A stretch of DNA of 64,000 nucleotides from Pelobium sp. GTDB lineage: Bacteria > Bacteroidota > Bacteroidia > Sphingobacteriales > Sphingobacteriaceae. The notes under the pieces were generated by a model. That model saw nothing but the letters and a program-made list of their open reading frames with translations, did not search any database and was not told the DNA's origin. A program made the translations under genes and the position numbers. Positions within the stretch are counted from its first letter, which is position 1; every line of letters starts with the position of its first letter. Shown one piece after another: positions 27,638-38,474 of this stretch. The stretch covers positions 4,112 through 68,111 of the forward strand of contig JBIKIN010000010.1 in the NCBI GenBank assembly GCA_044361595.1. The letters are read 5' to 3'.

Positions 27638-29740
27638 ATGAATATTAGAACTAACATACTACTAAGAGTTTATGCGGCATTTGGCCTCATTATTCTTTTT
27701 GCGGTAGCAGTTTTAGCTAAAATGACTCATGTGCAACTAGTACAAGGCAAGAAATATATTGCCATGGCTGATAGTTTAAGCACTAAATACGCCGAAATTG
27801 AGGCTGCAAGAGGTAATATTTATTCTATTGATGGGAGCTTATTGGCTACCTCTGTACCGGAGTATGATTTAAGAATGGATTTACTGGCTGGTGGTATAGT
27901 AGATGATGAAATATTTTACTCAAAAGTAGATTCTTTAGCTGCAAGTTTAGCTGATTATTTTAAAGACAAGAGTGAAAAAGAATATGCTAGAGCATTAAGA
28001 GATGCTAGAAAAGAGAAATTAGGCTACTTTTTAGTCAAAAGAAACATTACCTATCAAGATTTAAAAACCATAAAAAAGTTCCCTATTTATAATTTGGGAC
28101 GTTACAAAGGTGGATTTATTGCCGTACAAGAGAACAAAAGGATTTTACCATTTAGAGATTTAGCACTAAGAACCATTGGTTATTACAACACAAATTCTAA
28201 TGCAGCAGTGGGTTTAGAAGGTGCTTATGGCGATTATATCAATGGCGAAACAGGTAAAAGATTAGTACAAAGAATTGCAGGTGGCGTTTGGATACCAGTT
28301 AATGAAGACGCTGAAATAGCGCCAAAAGACGGAGCAGATATTATTTCAACAATTGATGTAAACATTCAAGATTTAGCACAAAACGCCTTAAAAAAGCAAT
28401 TGATAAAATCGGCAGCAGATTTTGGTTGTGTTTTGGTAATGGATGTTAAAACTGGCGAGATTAAAGCTATTGCAAATCTTACCAAAGGGAAAGACGACAC
28501 CTATCAAGAAACATTTAATTATGCTATTGCCCAAAGTGCCGAGCCTGGCTCAACTTTTAAACTAGCATCATACTTAGTGGCTCTTGACCAAGGTAAGTTT
28601 GGTTTAAACGACATGATGGATACTGAAAATGGACAGTGGAGAGTTTACAACCATACCATTAAAGACCACGAGAATGAGGGTGTTATCCCTATGAAAGTTG
28701 CTTTTGAAAAATCATCTAATGTGGCCATTGTAAAACAAATTTATAGGCACTATAAAGATAATCCGAATGAATTTACAGACGCTTTAAAAGAGTTGCACTT
28801 AGATCAAAAATTGGGTTTACAAATTAATGGAGAAGGAACTCCGCTAATTAAAACTACCAAAAGCAAATCATGGAGCGGACTTACCTTACCTCAAATGGCT
28901 TATGGCTACGAGTTAAAAATGAGCCCTATTCAGATTTTAACCCTTTATAACGCCGTTGCAAATAATGGCAAAATGATAGCTCCACTATTTGTTCATGAAA
29001 TTAGAAGACTAGGCAATACTGTAGAATTATTTAATGCAAGAGTAATTAATAAATCAATATGCTCTGAGAAAACTTTAGGGCTATTAAAAGAAATGCTTGA
29101 GGGAGTTGTGACTGAAGGTACAGCAAGTACAATTAATAATCCGCTTTATAAAATTGCTGGTAAAACAGGTACAGCTCAAGTTGCTGATGGATCTAATGGC
29201 TATAAAGGAAAACGTAAATATCAAGCATCATTTTGTGGGTACTTCCCGGCAGATAATCCAAAATACTCTATGATTGTAGTGGTTCAAAATCCAACAAAAG
29301 GCTCTTACTATGCTGCCTCAGTTGCTGGACCAGTGTTTAGAGAAATTGCCGATGTTATTATTGGTAGCGACTTAGAATTGAACACCACAAACAAAGCCCC
29401 TCAATTTGTAGGAAACACCAAACTACCCGAAGTAAAGAGCGGCTACAAAAAATCAGCACAAACAGTTTATAAAACATTTGGCATAAAAGCCTTATACGCA
29501 TCTAATAACGAAAGTGAAATTGGTATAGATACTAATAGCGGTATAGCCTACAAAGAAGTAAAAATGAATAAAGGCCTAGTGCCAGATGTTAGCGGTATGG
29601 GTTTAAAAGATGCACTTTTTGTACTAGGAAACTCGGGTTTACAACCTATAGTGAAAGGAAATGGCAAAGTAATTAGTCAATCCTTAGCATCTGGAACTCC
29701 AATTTATAAAGGCACAAGAATATTAATAGAATTACAATAG
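27638..29740 (+). CDS. ftsI: class B penicillin-binding protein (FtsI/PBP3) with C-terminal PASTA domain
   Basis: EPGSTFK (SxxK), SSN, KTG; VPDVSGMGLKDA. Confidence 0.93.
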   Translation: MNIRTNILLRVYAAFGLIILFAVAVLAKMTHVQLVQGKKYIAMADSLSTKYAEIEAARGNIYSIDGSLLATSVPEYDLRMDLLAGGIVDDEIFYSKVDSLAASLADYFKDKSEKEYARALRDARKEKLGYFLVKRNITYQDLKTIKKFPIYNLGRYKGGFIAVQENKRILPFRDLALRTIGYYNTNSNAAVGLEGAYGDYINGETGKRLVQRIAGGVWIPVNEDAEIAPKDGADIISTIDVNIQDLAQNALKKQLIKSAADFGCVLVMDVKTGEIKAIANLTKGKDDTYQETFNYAIAQSAEPGSTFKLASYLVALDQGKFGLNDMMDTENGQWRVYNHTIKDHENEGVIPMKVAFEKSSNVAIVKQIYRHYKDNPNEFTDALKELHLDQKLGLQINGEGTPLIKTTKSKSWSGLTLPQMAYGYELKMSPIQILTLYNAVANNGKMIAPLFVHEIRRLGNTVELFNARVINKSICSEKTLGLLKEMLEGVVTEGTASTINNPLYKIAGKTGTAQVADGSNGYKGKRKYQASFCGYFPADNPKYSMIVVVQNPTKGSYYAASVAGPVFREIADVIIGSDLELNTTNKAPQFVGNTKLPEVKSGYKKSAQTVYKTFGIKALYASNNESEIGIDTNSGIAYKEVKMNKGLVPDVSGMGLKDALFVLGNSGLQPIVKGNGKVISQSLASGTPIYKGTRILIELQ

Positions 29741-31203
29741 TGGCACATTTAACAGACATATTATATACCGTTGCGCTAGAGCAAGTAATTGGAAATACTA
29801 ATTTAGAAATTTCAGGCTTAGCCTTTGACTCTAGAAAGGTAACAGCCAATAGTCTTTTTATTGCAATTAAAGGTACAGTTTCTGATGGTCATTTATTTAT
29901 AGAAAAAGCTATTAACTTAGGAGCAAAAGCTATCATTTGTGAGGAAATACCTTCAAATTTAACAGATGGAATTACCTATTTAAAAGTTAAAAAATCGGCA
30001 AAAGCCTTAGGAACAATTGCTACAAATTATCATCAGCATCCATCAAAAAACTTAAAATTAGTTGGAGTAACAGGCACAAACGGAAAAACTACCGTTGCAA
30101 CACTACTTTATAAATTATTTAGAGAATTAGGGTTTAAAGTTGGATTAATTTCTACTGTAGAAAACCAAATAAATGACAAAATTATACCATCAACACATAC
30201 TACACCAGATCCAATTGCCTTAAATCAATTATTGGTAGATATGGTGAATAGTGGTTGCGACTATTGTTTTATGGAAGTAAGCTCTCATGCTGTTGCTCAA
30301 TACAGAATTGAAGGCTTAGCGTTTACAGGGGCAATCTTCACTAATATTACGCATGATCATTTAGATTTTCACTTAACTTTTGAAAACTACATTAAAGCAA
30401 AAAAAACATTCTTTGATGGTTTAACAAAATCTGCTTTTGCTTTAACCAATACCGATGACAAAAACGGAATGGTTATGCTTCAAAACACATCAGCTCATAA
30501 AAAAACATACGGGCTAAAATCTTTAGCAGATTTTAAAGCAAAAATCATCGAAAATCAATTCTCGGGTTTGCATTTAGATATAGACCAAGAAGATGTGTAT
30601 TTTAAATTAGTTGGAAGTTTTAATGCTTCAAACTTATTAGCTGTTTACGGTACAGCATTATTACTAGACCAAGACAAGACAAAGGTTTTAACAATACTTA
30701 GCAGGATAAGTGGCGCAGAAGGAAGATTTGATTTTCTAATTGCTCCAAATAAAGTTGTTGCTATTGTAGATTATGCTCATACGCCAGATGCTTTACTAAA
30801 TGTTTTAAGCACTATAGATAATATAAGAAATAAAACAGAACAAGTAATTACTGTTGTAGGATGTGGTGGCGATAGGGATAAAACAAAAAGACCGTTAATG
30901 GCACAAACTGCTTGCGATTGGAGCAATAAAGTAATCCTTACGTCTGACAACCCTAGAACAGAAAATCCGGAAAGTATTATTGAAGACATGAAAGCTGGTA
31001 TTTCGCCAGTAAATCAGCGCAAAGCAATTGCTATTACAGATAGAAAAGAAGCTATTAAAACAGCTTTTTTAATGGCTCAACCAGGCGACATTATACTTGT
31101 AGCGGGCAAAGGGCATGAAAAATACCAAGAAGTTAATGGTGTAAAAACCAACTTTGATGATAAGCAAATATTAAAAGATTGTTTTAACCAATTAACCAAG
31201 TAA
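29740..31203 (+). CDS. murE: UDP-MurNAc-tripeptide synthetase
   Basis: [30 protein letters not shown]. Confidence 0.97.
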   Translation: MAHLTDILYTVALEQVIGNTNLEISGLAFDSRKVTANSLFIAIKGTVSDGHLFIEKAINLGAKAIICEEIPSNLTDGITYLKVKKSAKALGTIATNYHQHPSKNLKLVGVTGTNGKTTVATLLYKLFRELGFKVGLISTVENQINDKIIPSTHTTPDPIALNQLLVDMVNSGCDYCFMEVSSHAVAQYRIEGLAFTGAIFTNITHDHLDFHLTFENYIKAKKTFFDGLTKSAFALTNTDDKNGMVMLQNTSAHKKTYGLKSLADFKAKIIENQFSGLHLDIDQEDVYFKLVGSFNASNLLAVYGTALLLDQDKTKVLTILSRISGAEGRFDFLIAPNKVVAIVDYAHTPDALLNVLSTIDNIRNKTEQVITVVGCGGDRDKTKRPLMAQTACDWSNKVILTSDNPRTENPESIIEDMKAGISPVNQRKAIAITDRKEAIKTAFLMAQPGDIILVAGKGHEKYQEVNGVKTNFDDKQILKDCFNQLTK

Positions 31204-31207
31204 GCCT

Positions 31208-32503
31208 ATGTTGTACCATCTATTTATTTATTTAGAAAAGCAATTTGATTTCCCTGGGGCTGGCTTGTTTCAGTTTATATCTTTTAGAGCTGGTATGGCC
31301 ATGATACTTTCATTAGTTATTACTACGGTTTATGGCAATAGATTAATAAACTATTTAAGATACAAACAGGTAGGCGAAACGGTAAGAAACTTGGGATTAG
31401 AAGGACAATCTCAAAAACAAGGTACACCTACTATGGGTGGCTTAATTATAATTGCCGGTATACTTATCCCTACTTTATTATTTGCCCGCTTAGAAAATAT
31501 TTACATCATCCTAATGGTTGTAACCACCGTTTGGATGGGTGCTATTGGGTTTTTAGACGATTACATTAAAGTATTTAGAAAAAATAAAGAAGGTTTAGCC
31601 GGAAGATTTAAAATAATAGGTCAGGTTGGGTTATCTCTAATTATTGGATGGACTATGTTTTTTCATCCTGATATTTTAGTTAGACAAACTGTAAGCGAAG
31701 TTCCTGTAATAGTTAAAACTCAAAAAGCTGGCAATACTTTTAAGGAAGAAATAATTAACGCTAACGGAGACAAATTAATTAGGGTACAAAAAAGTAATGG
31801 TATTTATTACGCAAAAGATGTAAAGTCGACCAAAACTAATATTCCATTTTATAAGAACAATGAATTTGATTACGCCAAAGTTCTTAAGTTTTTGGGTAAT
31901 GATTATGAAAAATACGCCTTAGTTGTTTTTCTATTATTTGTAATTGTAATTATAACTGCTGTTTCTAACGGTGCAAACATTACCGATGGAATAGATGGAT
32001 TAGCCACAGGCACCTCTGCTATTATCGGTATTACTCTAGCCTTGCTTGCCTATGTTTCTGGAAACACCATCATAGCCGATTATCTCAAAATTATTTATAT
32101 ACCAAACTCGGGCGAGTTAGTAATATTTGCTTCGGCCTTTGTGGGTGCTTGTATTGGCTTTTTATGGTATAACGCCTACCCTGCGCAGGTTTTTATGGGC
32201 GATACTGGAAGTTTAACTATTGGTGGAATCATTGCTGTATTTGCTATCATGATACGTAAAGAACTATTAATACCAATACTATGTGGCGTGTTTTTGATAG
32301 AAAATCTATCAGTAATAATGCAGGTAAGCTGGTTTAAATACACCAAAAAGAAATTTGGCGAAGGCAGAAGAATCTTCTTAATGTCGCCATTACATCACCA
32401 TTATCAAAAGAAAGGATATCACGAATCTAAAATTGTAAGCAGGTTTTGGATTATAGGAATATTACTAGCTATAATAACCATCGTAACCCTAAAATTAAGA
32501 TAA
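31208..32503 (+). CDS. mraY: phospho-MurNAc-pentapeptide transferase
   Basis: [34 protein letters not shown]. Confidence 0.98.
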   Translation: MLYHLFIYLEKQFDFPGAGLFQFISFRAGMAMILSLVITTVYGNRLINYLRYKQVGETVRNLGLEGQSQKQGTPTMGGLIIIAGILIPTLLFARLENIYIILMVVTTVWMGAIGFLDDYIKVFRKNKEGLAGRFKIIGQVGLSLIIGWTMFFHPDILVRQTVSEVPVIVKTQKAGNTFKEEIINANGDKLIRVQKSNGIYYAKDVKSTKTNIPFYKNNEFDYAKVLKFLGNDYEKYALVVFLLFVIVIITAVSNGANITDGIDGLATGTSAIIGITLALLAYVSGNTIIADYLKIIYIPNSGELVIFASAFVGACIGFLWYNAYPAQVFMGDTGSLTIGGIIAVFAIMIRKELLIPILCGVFLIENLSVIMQVSWFKYTKKKFGEGRRIFLMSPLHHHYQKKGYHESKIVSRFWIIGILLAIITIVTLKLR

Positions 32504-32509
32504 ATAAGA

Positions 32510-33847
32510 ATGAAAAGAGTAGTGATTTTAGGTTCAGGCGAGAGTGGCGTAGGTGCTGCAATTTTAGCTCAAAAACAAGGATTTGATGTTTTTGTATCTG
32601 ATTTTGGAACCATTAAGCCAGCTTATCAAAAAGAATTAGAAGAATTAAATATAGCTTTTGAATCAAATCAACATACCCAAGAATTGATTCTTAATGCTAC
32701 CGAGGTTATAAAAAGTCCTGGTATTTCTGATCAAGTATCAATTGTTAAAAAACTTAAAGATTTAGGTATACCAGTAATTTCTGAAATAGAATTTGCTGGG
32801 CGATACAGCAATGCTAAGATGATTTGCATTACAGGATCGAACGGAAAATCTACGACCACCATGTTTACCTATCACATACTACAAAATGCTGGGTTAAACG
32901 TAGGCTTAGCTGGAAACATTGGCAAAAGCTTTGCTCGTCAGGTTGCATTAAATCACTTTGATTATTACGTACTAGAAATTAGCAGTTTTATGCTAGACAA
33001 TATGTACGAGTTTAAAGCAGACATAGCTGTTTTGCTGAATATAACGCCAGATCATCTAGATAGATATGATTACAAAATGTCTAACTACATCAAATCTAAA
33101 TTTAGGATAGTTCAAAATCAGACGGAGGAAGATCATTTCATCTATTGTGATGATGATGATAGCATCAAAGAATTTATGGCTGATAAGGAATTCAAAATGA
33201 AGAAATATCCTTTTTCTATAGAACACGAAATTAAAAACGGAGCATACTTAACAGAAAATAAACTTATGATTAATCTTAGCAATTCAGACAAATTTGATAT
33301 CACCATCCAAGATTTAGCAATTCAAGGGAAACACAATACTTACAATTCTATGGCATCTGGAATAACTGCTAAAATATTAGACATTAGAAATGAGAGTATC
33401 CGCGAAAGCATGGGGAACTACAAAAACATAGACCACCGTTTAGAGTTTGTAGCCAATGTATCTGGAATAACTTTTATAAACGATTCTAAGGCAACCAATG
33501 TAAACTCGGTTTGGTATGCACTAGAGTCTATCAAAACAGATATCGTTTTGATAATGGGAGGAGTTGACAAAGGCAACGATTATACAATGCTAAAGAGTTT
33601 GGTAAGAGATAAAGTTAAAGCTATTATTTGTTTGGGGAAAGATAATAAAGCATTACACGATGCCTTTGAAGAAGATGTTGAAGTTATGGTTAATACATTC
33701 TCGGCAAGTGAAGCGGTTCAAATTGCATATCACATGGCTAAAAAAGGAAGTACAGTTTTACTTTCGCCTGCTTGTGCAAGCTTTGATTTATTTAAAAATT
33801 ATGAAGACCGCGGCGACCAATTTAAAGCAGCTGTAAAAGAATTATAA
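32510..33847 (+). CDS. murD: UDP-MurNAc-L-Ala-D-Glu ligase
   Basis: ITGSNGKSTT, NDSKATN, LLSPACASFD. Confidence 0.98.
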   Translation: MKRVVILGSGESGVGAAILAQKQGFDVFVSDFGTIKPAYQKELEELNIAFESNQHTQELILNATEVIKSPGISDQVSIVKKLKDLGIPVISEIEFAGRYSNAKMICITGSNGKSTTTMFTYHILQNAGLNVGLAGNIGKSFARQVALNHFDYYVLEISSFMLDNMYEFKADIAVLLNITPDHLDRYDYKMSNYIKSKFRIVQNQTEEDHFIYCDDDDSIKEFMADKEFKMKKYPFSIEHEIKNGAYLTENKLMINLSNSDKFDITIQDLAIQGKHNTYNSMASGITAKILDIRNESIRESMGNYKNIDHRLEFVANVSGITFINDSKATNVNSVWYALESIKTDIVLIMGGVDKGNDYTMLKSLVRDKVKAIICLGKDNKALHDAFEEDVEVMVNTFSASEAVQIAYHMAKKGSTVLLSPACASFDLFKNYEDRGDQFKAAVKEL

Positions 33848-33848
33848 A

Positions 33849-35024
33849 ATGATAAAAGCAGTTTTAGACTTAACCAAAGGAGATAGATGGATTTGGATAA
33901 TTATTATCCTATTATCCTTAGTATCTGTTTTAGCGGTATATAGCGCTACGGGAACTTTAGCCTACAAAAGAGGTGTAGGTTCAGAATCGTTGATGCTAAA
34001 ACATTTGCTATTCATTATACTTGGCTTTGTATTAATCTATTTTTCGCATTTACTTAATTACCGTTATTACGCGGGAATATCTAAAGTTTTAATGGTTGTT
34101 ACTATACCATTACTTCTTTATACTTTATTATTTGGTAGCCACGTAAACGATGCGAGTAGATGGATTGCAATACCCGGAACTGGCTTAACTTTCCAAACTT
34201 CTGATTTAGCTAAACTAGCTTTAATCACCTATCTAGCAAGAACACTAACTAAAAAACAAGAAAATATAAAAGATGTAAAAAAAGCATTTATACCTATTAT
34301 GGGCTCTGTATGCTTGGTATTTATTTTAATTGGCTTAGCAAATCTTTCTACTGCTTTAATGCTGTTTGGAGTAAGTATTTTGATATTATTAATTGGTAGA
34401 ATTAGCATGAAACAAATTGCAATAGTATGTGTGGGTGGTGCCGCATTATTAGCAGTATTGGTGTTTTTTGGGCCAAGAAGAGAAACTTACAAATCAAGGA
34501 TTAAAGCTTATACTAATCCAGAAATGCAAAATTCTGATAGAACCTATCAACAAGACCAAGCAAAAATTGCGATAGCCTCTGGAGGAATATTAGGAAAAGG
34601 GCCTGGTAACAGTACCCAAAGAAACTTTTTACCTCACCCCTATTCTGATTTTATTTTTGCAATTATAGTAGAAGAATATGGTCTAACAGGAGGATTTATA
34701 ATAGTGATTTTATATGTAATTCTAATGTATAGAATCATGAAAATTGTAACTCAAGCACCAAAAGCATTTGGTGCTTTGCTAGCCGCCGGACTAGGTTTTA
34801 GTTTAACCATACAAGCCTTAGCCAATATGGCTGTAGCAGTAAATTTATTCCCGGTAACTGGGGTGCCACTTCCATTAGTGAGTATGGGTGGTACATCTAT
34901 ATTGTTTACCAGTATTGCATTTGGAATTATATTATCTGTGAGTAAAGATGTTGAGGAATATAAATCTGATAATAGCATTAAAGAAGATAAAATTATAGTA
35001 GGCGAAATACCTGCGCTGGCGTAG
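33849..35024 (+). CDS. ftsW: SEDS peptidoglycan polymerase FtsW
   Basis: FQTSDLAK, SDFIFAIIVEEYG, TGVPLPLVSMGG. Confidence 0.95.
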   Translation: MIKAVLDLTKGDRWIWIIIILLSLVSVLAVYSATGTLAYKRGVGSESLMLKHLLFIILGFVLIYFSHLLNYRYYAGISKVLMVVTIPLLLYTLLFGSHVNDASRWIAIPGTGLTFQTSDLAKLALITYLARTLTKKQENIKDVKKAFIPIMGSVCLVFILIGLANLSTALMLFGVSILILLIGRISMKQIAIVCVGGAALLAVLVFFGPRRETYKSRIKAYTNPEMQNSDRTYQQDQAKIAIASGGILGKGPGNSTQRNFLPHPYSDFIFAIIVEEYGLTGGFIIVILYVILMYRIMKIVTQAPKAFGALLAAGLGFSLTIQALANMAVAVNLFPVTGVPLPLVSMGGTSILFTSIAFGIILSVSKDVEEYKSDNSIKEDKIIVGEIPALA

Positions 35025-35034
35025 TGATAATGAG

Positions 35035-35150
35035 AGAAGGATTGAATTAGTTAATGAATGAGTGAATGAAGGATAGAAAGAATGTATGATGGTAAAAGTT
35101 TTGCGTTTAGTTATTCTATCATTCAAAATTCAATAATTCAAAATTAAAAA
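35035..35150. repeat. degenerate 7-8 nt periodic repeat element (GAATG-type arm and ATTC-type arm)
   Basis: aatgaatg agtgaatg aaggatag aaagaatg ... ttctatc attcaaa attcaat aattcaaa; the arms are partly reverse-complementary. Confidence 0.65.
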
Positions 35151-35157
35151 TATAAAG

Positions 35158-36255
35158 ATGTCAAAAAAAATAATCATAAGTGGTGGAGGTACAGGAGGAC
35201 ATATTTTTCCTGCTGTGGCTATTGCTAATGCATTAAAAAAAATCGACTCAAATATTGAAATCTTGTTTGTTGGAGCTTTAGGCCGTATGGAAATGGAAAA
35301 AGTGCCGGCAGAGGGATATAAAATAATAGGCTTACCCATTCAGGGATTTCAAAGAAAAAATTTAGCAAAAAATTTAACATTACCATTTAAGATTATTGGA
35401 AGTATAAGTAAAGCAATTAAAATTATAAAAGATTTTAAACCTCATGTAGTTGTTGGCGTAGGAGGTTATGCTTCGGGTCCATTATTATATGCTGCGTCTT
35501 TAAAAGGTATTCCATATTTAATTCAAGAACAGAACTCTTACGCAGGTATAACAAATAAATTATTAGGTAGAAAAGCGAAAAAAATATGTGTAGCATTTGA
35601 TAATATGCATTCTTTTTTTCCATCTGATAGAATTATAAAAACTGGCAATCCGGTTAGAAAAACAGTTATAGAAATTGAAGGTAAAAAAGAAGAAGCTGCC
35701 TCCTTTTTTGAACTAGACATCAACAAAAAAACAGTTTTGGTAGTAGGTGGTAGTTTAGGATCACGTACACTTAATAACAGCATGATTGCTGGATTAAAAC
35801 AACTAGAAAGCAATAAAATTCAGCTTATTTGGCAAACAGGAAAATATTATTACAAAAACATAGCAGAAAATTATACTGAAATGCCTAAATGTAATGGTAT
35901 AAGAATTTATGAGTTTTTAAACCGTATGGATTTGGCTTTTGCCATGGCAGATGTAATTATTTCTAGAGCTGGTGCAGGTACAATTGCAGAACTGTGTCTA
36001 ATTAACAAACCAGTTATTCTAGTGCCATCACCAAACGTAGCAGAAGATCATCAAACAAAAAATGCAGAAGCATTAGTTAAAGAAAACGCAGCCATATTAA
36101 TAACAGATGAGCATGCCGAAGCTGATTTAGTGGATCAAACTATAACACTTTTAAGAGATCCGAAGAAAATTGAAACGCTATCTAAGCAAATATCAAAATT
36201 AGGAATCGCAAACTCTGACGAACAGATTGCTTTAGAAATATTAAAACTAGCTTAA
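35158..36255 (+). CDS. murG: lipid II GlcNAc transferase
   Basis: GGGTGGHIFP, GGYAS, TGNPVR, GGSLG, SRAGA. Confidence 0.98.
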   Translation: MSKKIIISGGGTGGHIFPAVAIANALKKIDSNIEILFVGALGRMEMEKVPAEGYKIIGLPIQGFQRKNLAKNLTLPFKIIGSISKAIKIIKDFKPHVVVGVGGYASGPLLYAASLKGIPYLIQEQNSYAGITNKLLGRKAKKICVAFDNMHSFFPSDRIIKTGNPVRKTVIEIEGKKEEAASFFELDINKKTVLVVGGSLGSRTLNNSMIAGLKQLESNKIQLIWQTGKYYYKNIAENYTEMPKCNGIRIYEFLNRMDLAFAMADVIISRAGAGTIAELCLINKPVILVPSPNVAEDHQTKNAEALVKENAAILITDEHAEADLVDQTITLLRDPKKIETLSKQISKLGIANSDEQIALEILKLA

Positions 36256-36256
36256 A

Positions 36257-37609
36257 ATGATTAATATAAATGATATCAAACGAGTATACCTTATCGGCAT
36301 TGGCGGGATAGGTATGAGCGGACTTGCAAGATATTTTAATCAAAGGGGATGTTTAGTTTATGGTTATGATAAAACATTAACACCATTAACCAAAGAGTTA
36401 GTACACGAAGGAATTGGAATCTCTTATGTAGATGATAGCAACCTAATTCCCATTTCTTTTCAAAACAATGACAGTGAAACACTAATTATATATACACCTG
36501 CCATTCCAAAAGAAAGCAATATTTTAAGTTTCTTTAAAAAAGAAAATTTCGATTTATACAAACGCTCTCAAGTATTAGGGATAATTTCTAACAGCATGTA
36601 CTGCGTAGCTATAGCCGGCACACATGGTAAAACAACCACAAGCAGTTTAGTTGCACATTTATTAAGAGAAGGTGGTATAGATTGCTCGGCCTTTCTGGGC
36701 GGCATTGCTAGCAATTATGATTCTAATCTTTTAATTGGTAAACATGATGTGGTTGTGGTTGAAGCAGATGAATACGATCGATCATTTCTAACACTACATC
36801 CAGATATTGCGGTAATTACATCTATGGATGCCGATCATTTAGACATCTATGGTGCCGAAGAACAACTGCATCAATCTTTTCAGCTTTTTGCAAATCAGGT
36901 AAAAAGCGATGGAGAAATCATCGTTAGAGAAGGCTTACCAATTTCAAGGGGAACGTCATACGGTTTATCAACATCGGCGAAAGCCAAAGGATATAATCTA
37001 AAAGTTAAAAACGGAGCATTCCATTTCGATTTTGAAAATGACAACATCAAACTAGAAGATTTAATGCTTGGTTTACCAGGTCAACATAATATAGAAAATG
37101 CAGTTGCAGCAATTCAAATTGCACTAACATTAAATATAAAACCAGATTTAATTAGAGCAGGATTAGCGTCGTTTAAAGGGGTAAAAAGAAGATTTGAATA
37201 TCAGGTAAAAACTGATAATCATATTTATATTGATGATTATGCACATCACCCCGAAGAGTTAAAAGCTTGCTTTAAAGCTGTAAGAACCTTATATCCTAAC
37301 AAAAAATTATCAGTTATTTTTCAACCTCATTTATATAGTAGAACAAGAGATTTTGCTCAAGAGTTCTCCGAAGTATTAAATACTACCGATGAATTAATTT
37401 TATTAGATATATATCCAGCTAGAGAACTGCCTATAGAAGGAGTTAATAGTAAGATGCTTGCTGACAAAATAGATGTTCATAAAGTAACACTTTGTGGAAA
37501 AGAAGAGTGCTTGGAAATTATAAAGAACCAAAAACCAGAACTACTTTTGACGGTTGGTGCAGGCGATATTGATACATTAGTTTCACCTATTAAAAATATA
37601 TTGAGCTAG
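36257..37609 (+). CDS. murC: UDP-MurNAc-L-Ala ligase
   Basis: IGIGGIGMSG, AGTHGKTTTS, EADE, DDYAHHP. Confidence 0.98.
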   Translation: MININDIKRVYLIGIGGIGMSGLARYFNQRGCLVYGYDKTLTPLTKELVHEGIGISYVDDSNLIPISFQNNDSETLIIYTPAIPKESNILSFFKKENFDLYKRSQVLGIISNSMYCVAIAGTHGKTTTSSLVAHLLREGGIDCSAFLGGIASNYDSNLLIGKHDVVVVEADEYDRSFLTLHPDIAVITSMDADHLDIYGAEEQLHQSFQLFANQVKSDGEIIVREGLPISRGTSYGLSTSAKAKGYNLKVKNGAFHFDFENDNIKLEDLMLGLPGQHNIENAVAAIQIALTLNIKPDLIRAGLASFKGVKRRFEYQVKTDNHIYIDDYAHHPEELKACFKAVRTLYPNKKLSVIFQPHLYSRTRDFAQEFSEVLNTTDELILLDIYPARELPIEGVNSKMLADKIDVHKVTLCGKEECLEIIKNQKPELLLTVGAGDIDTLVSPIKNILS

Positions 37610-38469
37610 TGTTGAAAAAAATAAACTGGAAGGCGCTATTATTTGGATTTACATGGGTAATTAGTCTTGCCTCTGTAATTGCTTTAATGAGTTTTATTGA
37701 AATTAAAAAAGCAACAAATACTTGCGCTAAAGTTGAAATTATACTACCAGGTAATCAATATTTTATAGAACGAGAAGAAGTAGACCAATTGCTTAATGAT
37801 AACAACGGCTTACTTATTGGAAGAAGGCTTGCAAATATTAATTTACAAAAATTAGAAAACAGATTGGTGGCAAACCCTTTTGTAGAATATGCAAAAGTAT
37901 ATATGGATATGGATGGTGTTTTACACGCCAAAATTAAACAGCGTCAACCTGTTTTAAGAGTGTTAAATTATACTGGTCAGGATTTTTATATAGATAAAAA
38001 TGGTCTTAAAATACCTTTATCAGATCACTTTACTGCGAGAGTATTAGTAGCAAATGGAGCAATTTTAGAAAGTTTTAATAATAAGATTGATACGCTACAA
38101 ACTAAAATTGCCAAAGATTTATTTGCTGTTGCAAGCTATATAGAACAAGATAAATTGTGGAGCGAGCAAATTGTTCAGATTTATATCAATAATGAAAATG
38201 ACATGGAGCTTGTTCCTAGAGTGGGAACTCAAAAAATAATTTTTGGCAATGCTGATGATTTAGAGAGCAAATTTAAAAACCTAATGGTTTTCTATAAAAA
38301 AGCGATTCCACGAGTAGGTTGGGAGGCATATAGTACTATCAATCTAAAATTTAAAGGCCAAATAGTTTGCGTTAAAAGAGATTCGACGCTAAAATCAAAT
38401 AAAGAAATACCTGTACTTACAGACAGTACATCGATAAATCAAGAAGTTCAAGATTCAATAAAAATATAA
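37609..38469 (+). CDS. ftsQ: cell division protein FtsQ/DivIB
   Basis: N-terminal TM, POTRA-like region, INLKFKGQIVC; position. Confidence 0.88.
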   Translation: MLKKINWKALLFGFTWVISLASVIALMSFIEIKKATNTCAKVEIILPGNQYFIEREEVDQLLNDNNGLLIGRRLANINLQKLENRLVANPFVEYAKVYMDMDGVLHAKIKQRQPVLRVLNYTGQDFYIDKNGLKIPLSDHFTARVLVANGAILESFNNKIDTLQTKIAKDLFAVASYIEQDKLWSEQIVQIYINNENDMELVPRVGTQKIIFGNADDLESKFKNLMVFYKKAIPRVGWEAYSTINLKFKGQIVCVKRDSTLKSNKEIPVLTDSTSINQEVQDSIKI

Positions 38470-38474
38470 TCAAC

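Noticed and set aside
35025-35157. ftsW-murG repeats as a CRISPR array or IS end
   Set aside because: Period is 7-8 nt and degenerate, with no spacers, cas genes or transposase.
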